Source: Bdellovibrio sp. (GTDB lineage Bacteria > Bdellovibrionota > Bdellovibrionia > Bdellovibrionales > Bdellovibrionaceae). From it: a stretch of 64,000 bases of DNA. Shown one piece after another: positions 29,188 through 38,643 of this stretch. The DNA is taken from positions 192,001 to 256,000 of the forward strand of contig JAKFCY010000002.1 in NCBI GenBank assembly GCA_036676395.1, written 5' to 3'. How positions within the stretch are numbered: position 1 is the first letter of the stretch; the number at the start of each line of letters is the position of its first letter. Below the pieces are notes generated by a model. The model was not told where the DNA came from. It did not search any database and was given only the letters and a program-made list of their open reading frames with translations. The translations under genes were made by a program, and so were the position numbers.

Positions 29188-29910
29188 TCAGTAAATAATT
29201 AAAGCCCCTTTGTCTGCAAATTGGCGAAGGTCGTAATTATCAAAGCCTGTAGAACGCACGCTGATGTAAGATTTAACAGAAGCCTTATCAATAAAACTGC
29301 GAATATCGTATGAATCAAAGGGTTGGCCGACAATAACACGCGCACCCTTTTCAATGAATGAACGTGTATCGTAACTATCAAAACCATCAGTATCTACAGT
29401 TACGCGGTCGTGACCTCTGTCGATAAAACTTCGAATGTCATACGTGTCAAATTTTTTGCCCACAGTAATCGAACCGCCACGATCTAGAATTTGTCGAATA
29501 TCGTAAGCGTCTAATTCGTCTTGATCGTAAATAACGCTGGCGCCTTTTTCCTGAAAACTGCGAAGATCATAAGAATCAAACCCTTTACCGATGACGGTAA
29601 CGTAAGATTTAATTTTGGCTTTATCGATGAGGCTGCGAATGTCATAAGTATCAAAGGGCTTGCCGGTAATCACGCGAGCACCACGTTCAATAAAGCCTCG
29701 CGAATCATAAGTGTCAAATCCAACAGTACGAACAGTGACACGATCATGCCCGATATCTATAAAACTTCTGATGTCGTAGGTATCAAACTCGTGACCGACT
29801 TCAACTGATTCACCACGCTTAAGCATCTGTCTGATGTCATAAGCATCTACCGCGAATGCAGAAATGCTAGCAAATAAAGCGATAATTAAAATAAATAGAT
29901 ATTTTGACAC
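29188..29910 (-). CDS. Secreted tandem-repeat protein (10 x FDxYDxR repeats)
   Basis: Signal peptide, then ten ~20-25 aa repeats arranged as a duplicated 5-repeat block. Confidence 0.8.
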   Translation of the reverse strand: MSKYLFILIIALFASISAFAVDAYDIRQMLKRGESVEVGHEFDTYDIRSFIDIGHDRVTVRTVGFDTYDSRGFIERGARVITGKPFDTYDIRSLIDKAKIKSYVTVIGKGFDSYDLRSFQEKGASVIYDQDELDAYDIRQILDRGGSITVGKKFDTYDIRSFIDRGHDRVTVDTDGFDSYDTRSFIEKGARVIVGQPFDSYDIRSFIDKASVKSYISVRSTGFDNYDLRQFADKGALIIY

Positions 29911-29972
29911 TGAAATCCCCTTTTACTGATGTGCTATTAAGAAATAGCAAGTCGGGGGCCAACGTTGCCGAA

Positions 29973-30692
29973 CTACTTAACAGTACCCTTGTAGATGTAT
30001 GCAATGCCGAAGCTAACTGGCGTGTAAGACATTTCAGAGAAGCTGCCAGATTTTTTCATTAAATCAATGAACTGCTCTTTACACGGAAATGCCGCTGATG
30101 ATTTTTGTAAGTATTCATAAGCATCAGCTTGGCCAGTAACGAAACCGCCGATTTTAGGTAATACTTTTTCTGAATAGAAATTATATAAGCCAGAAACAAT
30201 TGGAAAATCCATTTGTCCGAATTCAAGAATCATAACCTGGCCACCAGGTTTAACCACACGAGCTAACTCTTGTAAGGCTTTAACCGGATCATTCACATTA
30301 CGAATACCGAATGAAATAGAAGAGACATCAAATTTATTATCTTCAAATTGCAATTTTGTGACATCAGCTAATTCAAAATGGATATCAAGATTTTGTGCTT
30401 TAGCTTTTGCCGGAGCCGGATCTAACATTTCTTTACAGAAATCAGTTCCGACAACTTCGCCTGTTGAACCAACAGTTTTTTTAAATTCGATCGCTAGATC
30501 ACCAGTGCCAGTAGCGCAGTCTAAAACTTTCATTCCAGGTTTAGCGCCGCTTAATGAAACTAATTTTTTTCTCCATAAGTGGTGAATGCCTACTGATAAA
30601 ACTGAATTTGCTTTATCGTACTTAGCCGCTACTTTGGAAAACATTGAACGAATTTTTTCTGGATCGGGAGATTGACGAGTTTGGTTTTGCAT
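29973..30692 (-). CDS. ubiE: Demethylmenaquinone methyltransferase UbiE/MenG
   Basis: 'MF..VA.KYD..N', 'LDCATGTGDLA', 'SFGIRNV', 'KPGG...ILEF'. Confidence 0.92.
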   Translation of the reverse strand: MQNQTRQSPDPEKIRSMFSKVAAKYDKANSVLSVGIHHLWRKKLVSLSGAKPGMKVLDCATGTGDLAIEFKKTVGSTGEVVGTDFCKEMLDPAPAKAKAQNLDIHFELADVTKLQFEDNKFDVSSISFGIRNVNDPVKALQELARVVKPGGQVMILEFGQMDFPIVSGLYNFYSEKVLPKIGGFVTGQADAYEYLQKSSAAFPCKEQFIDLMKKSGSFSEMSYTPVSFGIAYIYKGTVK

Positions 30693-30714
30693 AAAAAATT
30701 AAACCTTTTAGCTG

Positions 30715-31497
30715 TTAAGCTCTTTGAAGTCGACGATCAAACGCCGCAAGTACACGCTCTAACTGCTTCATCGTTGTATCAAAAGTCTCAAGCGTTAGGG
30801 CCTGCGGACCATCAGATAAAGCTTCTTTAGGATTTGGATGTGATTCGATAATTAAACCATCAGCACCTGCTGCCGCAGAAGCGTAGCAAAGTTGTGGAAT
30901 CATATCGGCGATGCCAACAGCGTGTGAAGGATCAACGATCACCGGTAATTGAGTATGTTTTTTTGCATACACAACAGCGTTAAGATCTAACGTATTGCGA
31001 GTTGCAGTTTCAAAAGTACGAATGCCACGTTCGCATAAAATAACGTTTTCATTGCCGCCTGAAATTACGTAATCAGCGGCTTTGATCCATTCGTCGATAA
31101 AGGCCGAAAAGCCACGTTTTAATAAAACTGGTTTTGGTTGGCGGCCTAATTCTTTTAATAACGAATAATTATGCATATTGCGCGCGCCAACTTGATAACC
31201 GTCAACAAGATGAGCGATCTCTTCGATTTGACGAATATCAGTTACTTCAGAAACTAAGCCAAGCCCTGTTGCGGCTTTTACTTTTTTAATAATATCAAAA
31301 GCTTCAGTGCCTAAACCTTGAAAAGCTTTTGCCGAGGTACGCATTTTCCAGATCCCGCCACGTAACATGCAAGCGCCTGAGTTTTTAACAGCAAGAGCGG
31401 TTTTCATGAACTGTTGTTCTGACTCAATAGAACATGGACCTGCGATTACAGTAAATTGCGGACCACCGATTTGAATATTACCAACTTGTACGACCAT
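30715..31497 (-). CDS. aroF: DAHP synthase (type I beta)
   Basis: 'IAGPCSIES', 'K.RTS...FQGLG', 'GARNM', 'LCERGIRTFE', 'DPSH'. Confidence 0.92.
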   Translation of the reverse strand: MVVQVGNIQIGGPQFTVIAGPCSIESEQQFMKTALAVKNSGACMLRGGIWKMRTSAKAFQGLGTEAFDIIKKVKAATGLGLVSEVTDIRQIEEIAHLVDGYQVGARNMHNYSLLKELGRQPKPVLLKRGFSAFIDEWIKAADYVISGGNENVILCERGIRTFETATRNTLDLNAVVYAKKHTQLPVIVDPSHAVGIADMIPQLCYASAAAGADGLIIESHPNPKEALSDGPQALTLETFDTTMKQLERVLAAFDRRLQRA

Positions 31498-31530
31498 GAA
31501 TGCCTTTGCTATGCTAATGCCAGTGTGGAT

Positions 31531-32616
31531 ATGGACCTTAACATAAACGATTTAACTAGTTCAAACTTTTTAACTGCTGGAGGCCTACTTCAGACAGGCT
31601 CAGATCAATTTATATTGCTTCTGGGAGCGAGAAAGCCTGTTTTTGATGCTAGGGCAGACGATTCCCATCAGCTTTTCGTTTACAACCCACAGTTTTGGGA
31701 TTTTTTACAGGCGGCCTCACAGTCAAATAGGGGTCTTTTTCACGTCGAAAAAACTCTCAAAATGACTCGTGAAGAGCTTAAGAATTATCTAGAAAAATTT
31801 GTATTAGCAAAAACATCGGCGTTAACGTTAGTTGATAATCATCAAAGTGATTTTGAAGCGCAATTTGCGTGGTCACAAAAAAAATTCCAAGAAAAATTAT
31901 TACAGAAAACTGTTCCCGCAACAAAATTTGAATTTTCGATTAATGAAAAATTTAATTTTGCTTACCACTTGTTTTTATCATTACAAAAAAATCGTCCGGG
32001 ATTTATTTATGGTTTATGGGATGAAGCGGGCGGATTTTTAGGTTTAACTCCTGAAACATTAGCCGCTTGGGACGGAAAAAAACTTTCAACGATGGCGCTT
32101 GCCGGAACTTGGAGTAACGATCAGTCTTTTGACCAGGTCTCTGATATAGATATGAAAACTCGCGAAGAACATGAATTTGTTATTAATGATATTCGTGAGC
32201 GCTTAGGTCAAATCTCGGTCGGAAACACTGAAATACTGACGCTTCCAACCTTAAGCCATTTAAAAACTGAAATTGCGCAAGAGTGTTTGTCCCGGGCTGA
32301 ATTTATTTCTGCTGTTGAAAAATTGCATCCAACTGCTGCGTTAGGAATTTACCCGCGTAAACCCGAATTAGCCCACGAATTCTCAAAGTTTAACCTTCAA
32401 CAGCAACGCGGATTTTTCGGAGCTCCTTTTGGAGTGATCGGCGAGAATTTTGCCCAGGTCGTTGTCGGAATTCGTGGTCTTATCTGGACCGCCAATCGAG
32501 TGAATTTGTATGTGGGTTGCGGCGTAACTGCGCAAAGTGATCAATCTAGCGAATGGCAAGAGCTACAGACGAAAAAGAAGGCCATCTGCGAAGCTTTTTC
32601 GTTGCAGATTTTGTAA
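31531..32616 (+). CDS. menF: Isochorismate synthase
   Basis: 'TPE', 'ALAGT', 'K..EEH', 'HL.T', 'LHPT.A', 'G.G....S...EW.E...K'; upstream of menD. Confidence 0.8.
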   Translation: MDLNINDLTSSNFLTAGGLLQTGSDQFILLLGARKPVFDARADDSHQLFVYNPQFWDFLQAASQSNRGLFHVEKTLKMTREELKNYLEKFVLAKTSALTLVDNHQSDFEAQFAWSQKKFQEKLLQKTVPATKFEFSINEKFNFAYHLFLSLQKNRPGFIYGLWDEAGGFLGLTPETLAAWDGKKLSTMALAGTWSNDQSFDQVSDIDMKTREEHEFVINDIRERLGQISVGNTEILTLPTLSHLKTEIAQECLSRAEFISAVEKLHPTAALGIYPRKPELAHEFSKFNLQQQRGFFGAPFGVIGENFAQVVVGIRGLIWTANRVNLYVGCGVTAQSDQSSEWQELQTKKKAICEAFSLQIL

Positions 32617-32639
32617 AATCAAGTTGAATAGAATTGTTC

Positions 32640-34241
32640 ATGACAAACGCCGAATTAGTTTCTCATTTTTATCAGATTTTAATTAATCTCGAAGTCTCCG
32701 AGGTTATCGTTTGTGCTGGTGCTCGCAATGCTCCTTTAGTCGTTGGGCTTGAAAGTCGTTCGTTTAAAGTAAAATCATTTTTTGAAGAACGTTCTGCAGG
32801 ATTTTACGCTTTAGGTAAAATCAAAGCCAGCGGTAAACCTGTAGCGATTATGACAACCTCTGGAACTGCGGTGGCTGAATTATTACCAGCGGTGGTTGAA
32901 GCTTACTATCAAGGTTTGCCTTTAATCGTTGTCAGTGCTGATCGCCCGAAAAATTATCGCGGTTCAGGGGCTCCACAAGCTATTGATCAGGCGGGTATTT
33001 TTAATTCTTATGTGCACAAATGTTATGATTGGGATGTGACACAAGCAGATTTAAAAATAGAATTCGCTGCAAAAAAACCATTACATTTTAACTTATGTTT
33101 TGATGAACCACTTATTGATGGCGATTTTTCTATTATGACAAATAAATTTGTCGAAGTGAACAAGATCGAATCTTTCAAAGCAAAAGATTTTGACGCTAAA
33201 TACGGCGAAGAAGCGAAATTATTTAAAAATCCATTGGTGATTTTAAGCCAGCTTTCACTTGTTGAAAAAGAACAAGTGAAAGACATTTTGCAAAAATATC
33301 AGATTTATCATTATGCTGAATCTCTTTCTGGTTTGCTTGGTGATGCTGGCTTAGCTCCTTTACAATTAAATAACTGCGAACCTTTGCTGGGTTCTTTTTT
33401 AGAAAAAGATTTATTTTCGTCAGTTATTCGTGTGGGCGGGGTTCCGACTTTACGCTTGTGGCGTGACCTAGAAAAAAAATACGCGCATGTTCCTGTATTA
33501 TCGATTTCTGAATTACCTTTTTCTGGTTTAGCCCGTAAGTCATTACAAACTGGTTTTGAAAATTTAGAGGTCTTATTAAATGCAGCTGAATATCGTAAAA
33601 TCGATTATACAAATTTAAATCAACAGATTCAGGCCAAAAAAGTTACGGCCCTGACTGAGTTTAGAAATTCAGAACAAAATTTTATTTTTTTATTAAGCCA
33701 GCTTATTAAATTTCAGCCAGTTTATATCGGCAATTCATTGCCCATCCGCGAATGGGACCAGTTTTCGCAAGGGGCCTTTCCAGACACTTACGGTAACCGT
33801 GGCGCAAACGGGATAGACGGCCAGATTTCAACCTACCTAGGCTGGTCAAATCAGTTTAATATCTCTTGGGCCATCATTGGTGATCTAACGGCGATGTATG
33901 ACCTTGCAGCTTTAGCAATTAATCGCGATGATAATAAGGCCTCGTGCAAATGTTTAGTGGTGATTAATAACCAAGGTGGGCAGATCTTCAAAAAGGTCTT
34001 TGGCCATCAAAAAGAGAGTGCAAAGTTTTTAAATCCTCACGATATTCAATTTCAGGGGTGGGCGCAGATGTTTGGTTGGAATTACCTCCAAATAGCTGAT
34101 GTCGCTGATCTTCAGCAAGTAGAACAACTGATCGCAAAAAAAGAACAGAAAAATTTTGTGATTGAAATTCAAACAGACCAACTGCAATCGAATGCCGTTT
34201 GGAAATTTATGGAAGAAACATGCAAAACCGTCAAATATTAG
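32640..34241 (+). CDS. menD: SEPHCHC synthase
   Basis: 'GARNAPL', 'EERSAGF.ALG', 'TTSGTA', 'NRGANGIDG..ST', 'GDL', 'NN.GG.IF'. Confidence 0.92.
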   Translation: MTNAELVSHFYQILINLEVSEVIVCAGARNAPLVVGLESRSFKVKSFFEERSAGFYALGKIKASGKPVAIMTTSGTAVAELLPAVVEAYYQGLPLIVVSADRPKNYRGSGAPQAIDQAGIFNSYVHKCYDWDVTQADLKIEFAAKKPLHFNLCFDEPLIDGDFSIMTNKFVEVNKIESFKAKDFDAKYGEEAKLFKNPLVILSQLSLVEKEQVKDILQKYQIYHYAESLSGLLGDAGLAPLQLNNCEPLLGSFLEKDLFSSVIRVGGVPTLRLWRDLEKKYAHVPVLSISELPFSGLARKSLQTGFENLEVLLNAAEYRKIDYTNLNQQIQAKKVTALTEFRNSEQNFIFLLSQLIKFQPVYIGNSLPIREWDQFSQGAFPDTYGNRGANGIDGQISTYLGWSNQFNISWAIIGDLTAMYDLAALAINRDDNKASCKCLVVINNQGGQIFKKVFGHQKESAKFLNPHDIQFQGWAQMFGWNYLQIADVADLQQVEQLIAKKEQKNFVIEIQTDQLQSNAVWKFMEETCKTVKY

Positions 34242-34942
34242 CATTACATGGGTTTTTAGGTAGAGGCCGCGACTGGTACAAAGTACAAACTTTAACTCCG
34301 CGCCACGAATGGATTACACCAGAATTATTCGCTCCGAAATCGCCGATTGGTGATATTGATTTAGCCTCGTTTAATGTTCTAGCTGACCGCTTAGTTTCTT
34401 TCATACCTGAAAAAACCCAACCGATTTTTGTGGGCTATTCACTAGGAGCGCGCATTGGTTTATACCTTTTAGAGCGTCATCCAGATCGTTTTAAAAAGTT
34501 TATTTTTTTAAGTGCTCACCCAGGGTTATCGTCTGCGGCAGAAAAACAAGCGCGTAAGCTGAACGATTTAGAATGGAAAGATAAATTGGCCACAATGCCT
34601 TGGGCTGATTTTTGGAATGAGTGGAATTCACAAGACGTATTTAAGCGTGATAATGACCGCGAACTTATGCGTGATGCCCGTGATGTTGATGTTAAAAAAT
34701 TAGAGCTAGGCTTTACAGCATTGTCATTAGCTGCCCAAGAAAACAAAGAAGCTGTGCTGCAAAAGCACGCTGACAAAGTGATTTGGGCTGTTGGCGATCA
34801 GGATCAAAAATTCACTAGCTTTGCTGAGGATTTAAAACGAAAAAAAATCCTTTCAGGTTATGAAAGGATTTTTAATTCAGGACATCGTGTTCTTTTTGAT
34901 CAGCCTTCCGCGGTGGCTGACTTAATTGATTCTATTAATTAG
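34220..34942 (+). CDS. menH: SHCHC synthase (alpha/beta hydrolase)
   Basis: 'LHGFLG', 'GYSLGARI', 'D.KF'; follows menD. Confidence 0.85.
   Translation: MQNRQILALHGFLGRGRDWYKVQTLTPRHEWITPELFAPKSPIGDIDLASFNVLADRLVSFIPEKTQPIFVGYSLGARIGLYLLERHPDRFKKFIFLSAHPGLSSAAEKQARKLNDLEWKDKLATMPWADFWNEWNSQDVFKRDNDRELMRDARDVDVKKLELGFTALSLAAQENKEAVLQKHADKVIWAVGDQDQKFTSFAEDLKRKKILSGYERIFNSGHRVLFDQPSAVADLIDSIN
34843..34873 (-). terminator. Putative terminator for the protease gene, embedded in the menH coding sequence
   Basis: AAAAATCCTTTCA-GGTTA-TGAAAGGATTTTT perfect stem; related copy at 36068-36106. Confidence 0.6.
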
Positions 34943-35894
34943 CCTTGGCTACAGTGCCTTGATCAGCAACTGGTGTATTTACTTGTTCAATGGCTAAAGC
35001 GATCCAGTCAAGTTGACCAGCAACGCCTGTGTAGATCGCGCCTTCGTTACAGTTACCCAGTAAGTTAGTGCCACGACTAGTAACACCAACTTGGATGTAA
35101 GAACCGTCTTCTAGTTTTAATAAAGCAGGCCCACCTGAATCTCCGTGGCAAGCCCCCCTTAAATTTTTTTGATCAAATGAGATTTCTTTTTGGTCAGCTG
35201 TAATACCAGTCACAGCGATATTAGAAACTCTTCTTAAAGTGCCAGAACCGCGACCTGGAAGTTCGATCGTTGCTGGTTGGCCATTTTTACCGATAACTAC
35301 GTTACCGTTTTTATCTTTAAGAACTTTGCGGATAACAGCGTTTGTGATGCCGTAGCCAGCTAAAGTTAATTTAGAACCTTTAACTAATTGTTTAATCGTT
35401 TCATCAGTAGGTAACACAGCTAATTTGAAATCAGCTGGCGCTTCTTTTTCTAATTTAACAATCGCGATATCATTCCAAACTTTTGTTTTATCATCAGTAG
35501 GTAAAAAATCTGGGTGAACCGCGCCGTTCGTAGCGTAGATCACTTGCTCTTCAGTCACTTTACGATCGTCTAATGAAAACAAGACAGCAATACCACGTAA
35601 ACCTTCGTCCGCAATACAATGGGCCGCTGTTAACACGATATCACGGGCAATAAGGCTGCCTGTGCATGTCGACGTGCCCATGTCGCTGATGATTTTTAAT
35701 TGAACGATACCATTAGCTTTTTGAAAATTAGAGTCTGCTAAAAGACCGCCAAGAATATTTGAATTTTGGATCTCGTTACCAGCGTCTAGATATGAAGGAG
35801 TAGCGCTTTGGCTTTGCGGTGCACATGATGTGAATAACGCGGTAGCCGTGATCGCTAGAACTGCAGCAGTCTTTTTCATCATTTCTTTTTTCAT
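34935..35894 (-). CDS. Trypsin-like serine protease lipoprotein (tandem paralogue 1)
   Basis: AAGGAGG SD, lipobox FTSC, ILGG, TAAHC, NDIA, GDSGGP. Confidence 0.92.
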   Translation of the reverse strand: MKKEMMKKTAAVLAITATALFTSCAPQSQSATPSYLDAGNEIQNSNILGGLLADSNFQKANGIVQLKIISDMGTSTCTGSLIARDIVLTAAHCIADEGLRGIAVLFSLDDRKVTEEQVIYATNGAVHPDFLPTDDKTKVWNDIAIVKLEKEAPADFKLAVLPTDETIKQLVKGSKLTLAGYGITNAVIRKVLKDKNGNVVIGKNGQPATIELPGRGSGTLRRVSNIAVTGITADQKEISFDQKNLRGACHGDSGGPALLKLEDGSYIQVGVTSRGTNLLGNCNEGAIYTGVAGQLDWIALAIEQVNTPVADQGTVAKAN

Positions 35895-35972
35895 ATCTTC
35901 CTCCTTGGAACGATTTACGAATTTAAGATCCTCCTGGATGCCCCTCACCCTAGAGGACCCAAATTCGTAGGT

Positions 35973-36012
35973 GCAATAAAACCCATTCTGGAACCAGAGT
36001 CACAACATTAAA
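35973..36012 (-). repeat. 40-bp upstream element repeated at 37115-37154
   Basis: GCAATAAAACCCATT(C/G)TGGAACCAGAGTCACAACATTAAA, one mismatch, upstream of both proteases. Confidence 0.9.
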
Positions 36013-36130
36013 GATTATGTCGTCTATAAGCTTTGTTTATGGTTTGGTGACGCCCCAAATTTTGGGCAAAAAAAATCCCTTCAAGACTTATGAAAGGATT
36101 CTTTTTCGAGACATTTATGTGTTTAGATTT

Positions 36131-37087
36131 TTATTTCTTATTAACTTGTGCGACAGCTTTATTAATAAAGTCTTGATGGCCAAGTACGCCCGTGTAGATA
36201 ACGCCTTCATTGCAATTTCCTAATTTGTTCGTACCACGACTAGTAACTCCAACTTGAATGTCAGTGCCGTCTTGTAATTGTAATAAAGCAGGCCCGCCTG
36301 AATCTCCGTGGCAAGCCCCCTTCAAATTTCTTTGATCTAATGAGATTTCTTTTTGATCAGATGTAAGATGAGTTACAACCATATCAGCAACTAGTCTTAA
36401 AGTGCCAGAGCCTTGGCTCGGAAACTCAACAACCTGAGGTTGTCCGTTTTTATCAAGTACAGGTTGACCATTTTTATCTTTTTTAAAGTCGCGAACTATT
36501 GCATTCGTGATACCGTAGCCAGCAAAAGTTAATTTTGAACCAACAAGTAACTGTTCAATAGTTTTAGCTGATGGTAACACAGCTAGTTTAAAATCAGCAG
36601 GTGCAGCAGCTGATAATTTAACGATCGCGATGTCATTCTGAATAGCTGTATCGTCGTCAGCTTCAGGATTTTGAACATAAGCAGGATTGATAATCCAGTC
36701 TTTAGCTGCGATCGAAGTAGCTTTTACATTTGTTAAGCCGAAAAGCACATCTACTTTATCAGCTGATGTTTTACTAGACACACAGTGAGCTGCAGTTAAA
36801 ACGATATCACGAGTGATAAGGCTTCCTGTGCAAATTGATTCTGAAAGAGTAATTGTCTTACCTAAAAATTTAAGAACTTTTTTTACTCTTAACTGAACGA
36901 TACCGTGAGATTTTTGGTAATTAGAATCAGCTAATTGGCCGCCCACGATATTTGAATTTTCAACTTCGTTACCAGCGTCTAGATATGATGGCGATGCGCT
37001 CTGAGATTGTGGCGCACATGATGCGAATAGTGCAGAAGCTGTTAAAGCTAAAACTGCGGCAGTTTGTTTCATCATTTCTTTTTTCAT
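36131..37087 (-). CDS. Trypsin-like serine protease lipoprotein (tandem paralogue 2)
   Basis: Lipobox FASC, IVGG, TAAHC, GDSGGP; clearly paralogous to 34935-35894. Confidence 0.92.
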   Translation of the reverse strand: MKKEMMKQTAAVLALTASALFASCAPQSQSASPSYLDAGNEVENSNIVGGQLADSNYQKSHGIVQLRVKKVLKFLGKTITLSESICTGSLITRDIVLTAAHCVSSKTSADKVDVLFGLTNVKATSIAAKDWIINPAYVQNPEADDDTAIQNDIAIVKLSAAAPADFKLAVLPSAKTIEQLLVGSKLTFAGYGITNAIVRDFKKDKNGQPVLDKNGQPQVVEFPSQGSGTLRLVADMVVTHLTSDQKEISLDQRNLKGACHGDSGGPALLQLQDGTDIQVGVTSRGTNKLGNCNEGVIYTGVLGHQDFINKAVAQVNKK

Positions 37088-37114
37088 ATCTTTCCCCTTT
37101 GTGGAACTAAGTGC

Positions 37115-37154
37115 GCAATAAAACCCATTGTGGAACCAGAGTCACAACATTAAA
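37115..37154 (-). repeat. Second copy of the 40-bp protease upstream element
   Basis: See 35973-36012. Confidence 0.9.
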
Positions 37155-37178
37155 ACCTATGGGTGCTATAAGAAATGC

Positions 37179-38114
37179 TTATACCCGATCTGTAGCGGCC
37201 ACTAGGGCGGCTTTGATGCCAGGTTCGCCAGCAGCGTGGCCTGCATCTTGGATAATTTCTAGGCGAGCTTCGGGCCAAGCGGTGTGGAGGTCCCAAGCGC
37301 TTCTTGCGGGGCAAACCACGTCGTAGCGGCCTTGCACGATATCGCAGGGAATATACTTAATTTTTGCAATATTTTCCAAAATCCAGTTGTTGGTTTTGAA
37401 GAATGAATTATTGATAAAGTAATGACACTCAATACGGGCGAATTGCAGAGCGTAAGTAGGATCATCAAAATCATCGATGGCTTTTACATCTACGAATAAT
37501 TTTGAAGTGGCGGCTTCCCACTTACTCCATACCTTGGCTGCAGCTAAACGCACATCTGCATTTTCGTGAGTTAAACGTTTGTAATAAGCTTTGACGAAAT
37601 CACCGCGTTCATCAGCCGGGATGTGGTTGTAATAACTTTCCCACACATCTGGGTAAATTTCTGAAGCACCATGCTGATAGAACCAGTGAATTTCAGAAGG
37701 ACGGCATAAGAAAATTCCGCGTAAAATTAAATGCTGAACTTTTTCCGGATGAGAGATTGCGTAAGTTAACGCTAAAGTTGAGCCCCAGCTGCCACCGAAC
37801 ACCACCCATTTTTGGATGCCTAAGTGTTCACGAATTTTTTCGATGTCAGCAACCAGATCCCAAGTTGTATTTTCTTTTAATTCAGCTGCGGGCGTCGATT
37901 TGCCGGCACCCCGTTGATCAAATAAAACGATGCGAAATTTTTTCGGGTCAAAAAATCTGCGGTGGTCTTCGCTGATGCCGCCGCCTGGTCCGCCGTGTAA
38001 AAATACGACGGGAATGCCTTCTGGGTTTCCGGCCTGTTCGACATACAACGTGTGAAGGTCAGACACTTTGAACATTTCAGTTTTATAGGCGGCAATTTCT
38101 GGATAAAAGCTCAT
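37179..38114 (-). CDS. pip: Proline iminopeptidase
   Basis: 'HGGPGGG', 'FDQRGAGKS', 'GGSWGSTL', 'GRYD', 'AGH'. Confidence 0.95.
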   Translation of the reverse strand: MSFYPEIAAYKTEMFKVSDLHTLYVEQAGNPEGIPVVFLHGGPGGGISEDHRRFFDPKKFRIVLFDQRGAGKSTPAAELKENTTWDLVADIEKIREHLGIQKWVVFGGSWGSTLALTYAISHPEKVQHLILRGIFLCRPSEIHWFYQHGASEIYPDVWESYYNHIPADERGDFVKAYYKRLTHENADVRLAAAKVWSKWEAATSKLFVDVKAIDDFDDPTYALQFARIECHYFINNSFFKTNNWILENIAKIKYIPCDIVQGRYDVVCPARSAWDLHTAWPEARLEIIQDAGHAAGEPGIKAALVAATDRV

Positions 38115-38641
38115 TTGTGGTCCTCGGTAAAATCTTTTATGATAAGGGGTACAAGATACCTGTAAGCAAAGATTAAAAAGCCTAAGGCTAATAAAATTAA
38201 AAATATTCGACCAAAAAGCTTTTCGCTCTTTTCTTTTTTTACTTTCGCTTGATTAATTTTTGTAAAATAATCGACAAGTTTGAAATGGTGCTCTGGGCAG
38301 TACCCATCTTGCAATGCCATATAACTGCAAGCGGGGCAAAAAAGTTCGTTATCAGGTAAATATGTTTCGTTATTTTGTGCAAGCATTCCAAGATCATTAA
38401 GATACTTTTTTAAAGCCAGAAATGATTCGTTGTTAACATCAATATAAAAAAATTCACCTAGCGGTTCAGCCGTTTTCGGTGAACTGGTATCATAGTAACT
38501 TTTCGATGAAATTTTTTCTTGATACTGTTTAACAAGATCCTGATCAATTTCGATTTTGTAAGTATATCCAAGCGGCTCAAGCTTTTCTTTGATTTGGTTA
38601 ATTTGTGCTTCAGAAAAAGGCCCAAGTTTAATCATGTTCAT
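38111..38641 (-). CDS. Hypothetical protein with CxxC...CPxH motif and C-terminal TM anchor
   Basis: 'CPAC...GYCPEH', terminal hydrophobic helix; coupled to add and pip. Confidence 0.65.
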   Translation of the reverse strand: MNMIKLGPFSEAQINQIKEKLEPLGYTYKIEIDQDLVKQYQEKISSKSYYDTSSPKTAEPLGEFFYIDVNNESFLALKKYLNDLGMLAQNNETYLPDNELFCPACSYMALQDGYCPEHHFKLVDYFTKINQAKVKKEKSEKLFGRIFLILLALGFLIFAYRYLVPLIIKDFTEDHK

Positions 38642-38643
38642 TG

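Noticed and set aside
29188..29910. Periodic DNA repeats resembling a CRISPR-like array
   Set aside because: The repeats are degenerate at third codon positions and are explained by a protein repeat; there are no constant repeats with unique spacers and no cas genes
35973..36012. sigma54 promoter in the shared protease element
   Set aside because: The GG-to-GC spacing on the minus strand is 8 nt, not the required 10
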